From Octopus sinensis (taxonomy: Eukaryota): a stretch of 21,827 bases of DNA. A program made the position numbers and the translations under genes. Positions 20,164 to 21,827 of the stretch are shown here, in pieces. Position 1 is the stretch's first letter. Every line of letters starts with the position of its first letter. The DNA is taken from positions 1 through 21,827 of the forward strand of contig NW_021823588.1 in NCBI RefSeq assembly GCF_006345805.1, in the 5' to 3' direction. Under the pieces are notes generated by a model, which was not told the DNA's origin, ran no database searches, and saw only the letters and a list, made by a program, of their open reading frames with translations.

Positions 20164-20541
20164 AATACCTGTTGTATAGGTGCCCTGGGAATGATAGCAA
20201 AAGGGCTGATAGCTACCTAACTCAAATACCAGGAAACCCCAAATGGCAGAAATTCAAAAGATAGTGCTCATGGAACTGGCTCATATCCTACGCAAAATAC
20301 TTTCTATGTAATCTCAAGGTTTTAAAACAAACATATTTTTTCGGTTTTAAAAAAAAAAAAAAAGAATTTTTTTTTTTAGACATTCATTAGTACAACACCA
20401 AAAACTCTCCCCCCCCCCAAAAAAAAAATATTGGCACACTAGGCATAACAACAACATGAACTTCCACCCTGTTTTCTCTTGAGGTCTCTGGGTGAGACTT
20501 GGAGCCAACTTGTACAAATATAAAGCAAAAGTCAAACATAG
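20164..20541 (+). mobile_element. Second RLE-type (R4/Dong-like) 3' fragment, different family
   Basis: Frameshift-corrected IPV.IGALGMIAKG..YLTQIPGNP..AEIQKIVLMGTAHILRKILSM*, then a UTR. (TAA)n lies on both sides. Confidence 0.8.
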
Positions 20542-20571
20542 AATAATATAATAATAATATAATAACAATGA

Positions 20572-20782
20572 TTTCAATTTTGGTACATGGCCAGCAATTT
20601 CAGGGTAAGGGGATAAGTCGATTAAATTGACCCCAGTGTTCAGCAGCTACTTTTTTTTATCGACTTCGAAAGGATGAACAACTAAGTTGACCTCGGTGGC
20701 ATTTGAACTCAGAGCGTAAAGACAGGCGAAATGCCGCTAAGCATTTCGCCTGTCGTGCTAACGATTCTGCCATCTCACCGGC
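20572..20782 (-). mobile_element. tRNA-SINE copy with alternative tail (type B)
   Basis: Same head and body as 8303, but the 3' end is CCCTTACCCTGAAATTGCTGGCCATGTACCAAAATTGAAAT followed by (ATT)n. Confidence 0.8.
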
Positions 20783-20970
20783 ACAAGGCAAAGAATTTTA
20801 AAACAAAAGAACATCTTAGTTGATAGTGTTGGACGTTAGTATTAAATTGGTATTTTATTTAATTGATCTCAGAGCAATAAAAGGCGAAGCTGCTGATACC
20901 GGCGATATTTGAACTCAGAGTCTAAGAACCGGAAGAGATACCACTCTAACTACTCTAATGTTACTGCCGA
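20783..20970 (-). mobile_element. Older degenerate tRNA-SINE copy
   Basis: Retains ATTTGAACTCAGAG (B box, plus-strand view) and the GGTA..TTAT..AAAGGC central remnant. Confidence 0.5.
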
Positions 20971-20997
20971 CAATCTAACGATTTTTTCAATCACCGT

Positions 20998-21000
20998 ACT

Positions 21001-21033
<33 letters not shown>

Positions 21034-21300
21034 AGGTGGTGGTGGTGGTAGTAGTAGTAGTAATAGTAATAGTAATAGTAGTAGTAGTAGAGTTGGTGGT
21101 GGTGGTGGTGGTGGTAATCACAGTAATAATAATATCATAAAAATGATAATGATGAAATGATGAGAGTAATTAATGCGATGATGATGGCGTCGATATTAAA
21201 ACGATGACGATGATGATGATGATGATCATGACGACGACGTCGACGACGACAACGATAAAGGATGGTGGTGGTGGTGGTGGTGGTGGTGGTAGTGGTAGTG
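20998..21300. repeat. Compound trinucleotide arrays (TAG)n, (GGT)n, (TAA)n, (GAT)n, (GAC)n
   Basis: Read directly. Confidence 0.95.
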
Positions 21301-21679
21301 TGTGCGTGCGTGAGTGTCAGGTAGTGCTGCTCTTCCATGATGTGTACAGTGCAATGTTTGCATAGAATTGAATTGATTTTTGTCCACCAGTGTTTATGAG
21401 GTCGAATCTCACCGGATGTAGCGTATCCGGTGAGTTAAGTGGAATCTCTGGTTAAATGGTACAGGTGTTCGATTTAACATTCGGGATTTTTTACTGGCGA
21501 ATTAAAAAGAAACACACACACAAAATAAATAAATAAATAAAATAAAGAAAAGACAAAAACAAAGAAACAAAGACAAAAAAACAACAAGTTTCAGAATGCT
21601 GAAGTTGGTTGGTTTTTAGTTAGGTTGGGGAATGTTTCAAATATTAGATTTATGTTAATTATGATAACGTATTGTAACG

Positions 21680-21827
21680 TTGATAACAACAACGGAGACG
21701 TCAACTATAACGACAACAACACCAATAACAACTATAGCAACGTTGGTAACAACAACAACAAAAACGAGAGCAACGATGACAACAACTACAACAACAACAG
21801 CTACAAATTCAGCAACAATAAGAGGAA
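21680..21827. repeat. Degenerate (AAC)n microsatellite
   Basis: Read directly. Confidence 0.9.

Overview
This is AT-rich eukaryotic, repeat-dominated DNA, and no intact host gene can be supported. The SINE families and microsatellite landscape look like a cephalopod (probably Octopus) genome; that is an inference. Contents: (i) four minus-strand fragments of L1/Tx1-clade LINEs (APE endonuclease, RT with YADD, C-terminal CCHC finger), two joined head-to-tail through a (GATA)n array; (ii) a 5'-truncated Penelope-like element (RT C-terminus, Cys linker, GIY-YIG) with a ~440-bp inverted copy of its own 3' end, set between (TA)n arrays; (iii) restriction-like-endonuclease (R4/Dong-type) retroelement 3' fragments inside (TAA)n arrays; (iv) about seven tRNA-derived SINE fragments; (v) a mosaic of local direct and inverted duplications at 7.0-12.1 kb. 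The main hidden signal is six minimal type I hammerhead-ribozyme-like motifs from four sequence families. All have palindromic (dimer-type) helix III, all lie near (TA)n, and five carry C instead of U at core position 4. A second signal is an ungapped 35/42-nt match between the SINE 3' tail and the Tx1-like LINE 3' end, suggesting a SINE-LINE partnership. Most entries in the ORF track are microsatellite or antisense artefacts. All alignments and folds were done by eye, element boundaries are approximate, and no ribozyme activity is demonstrated.
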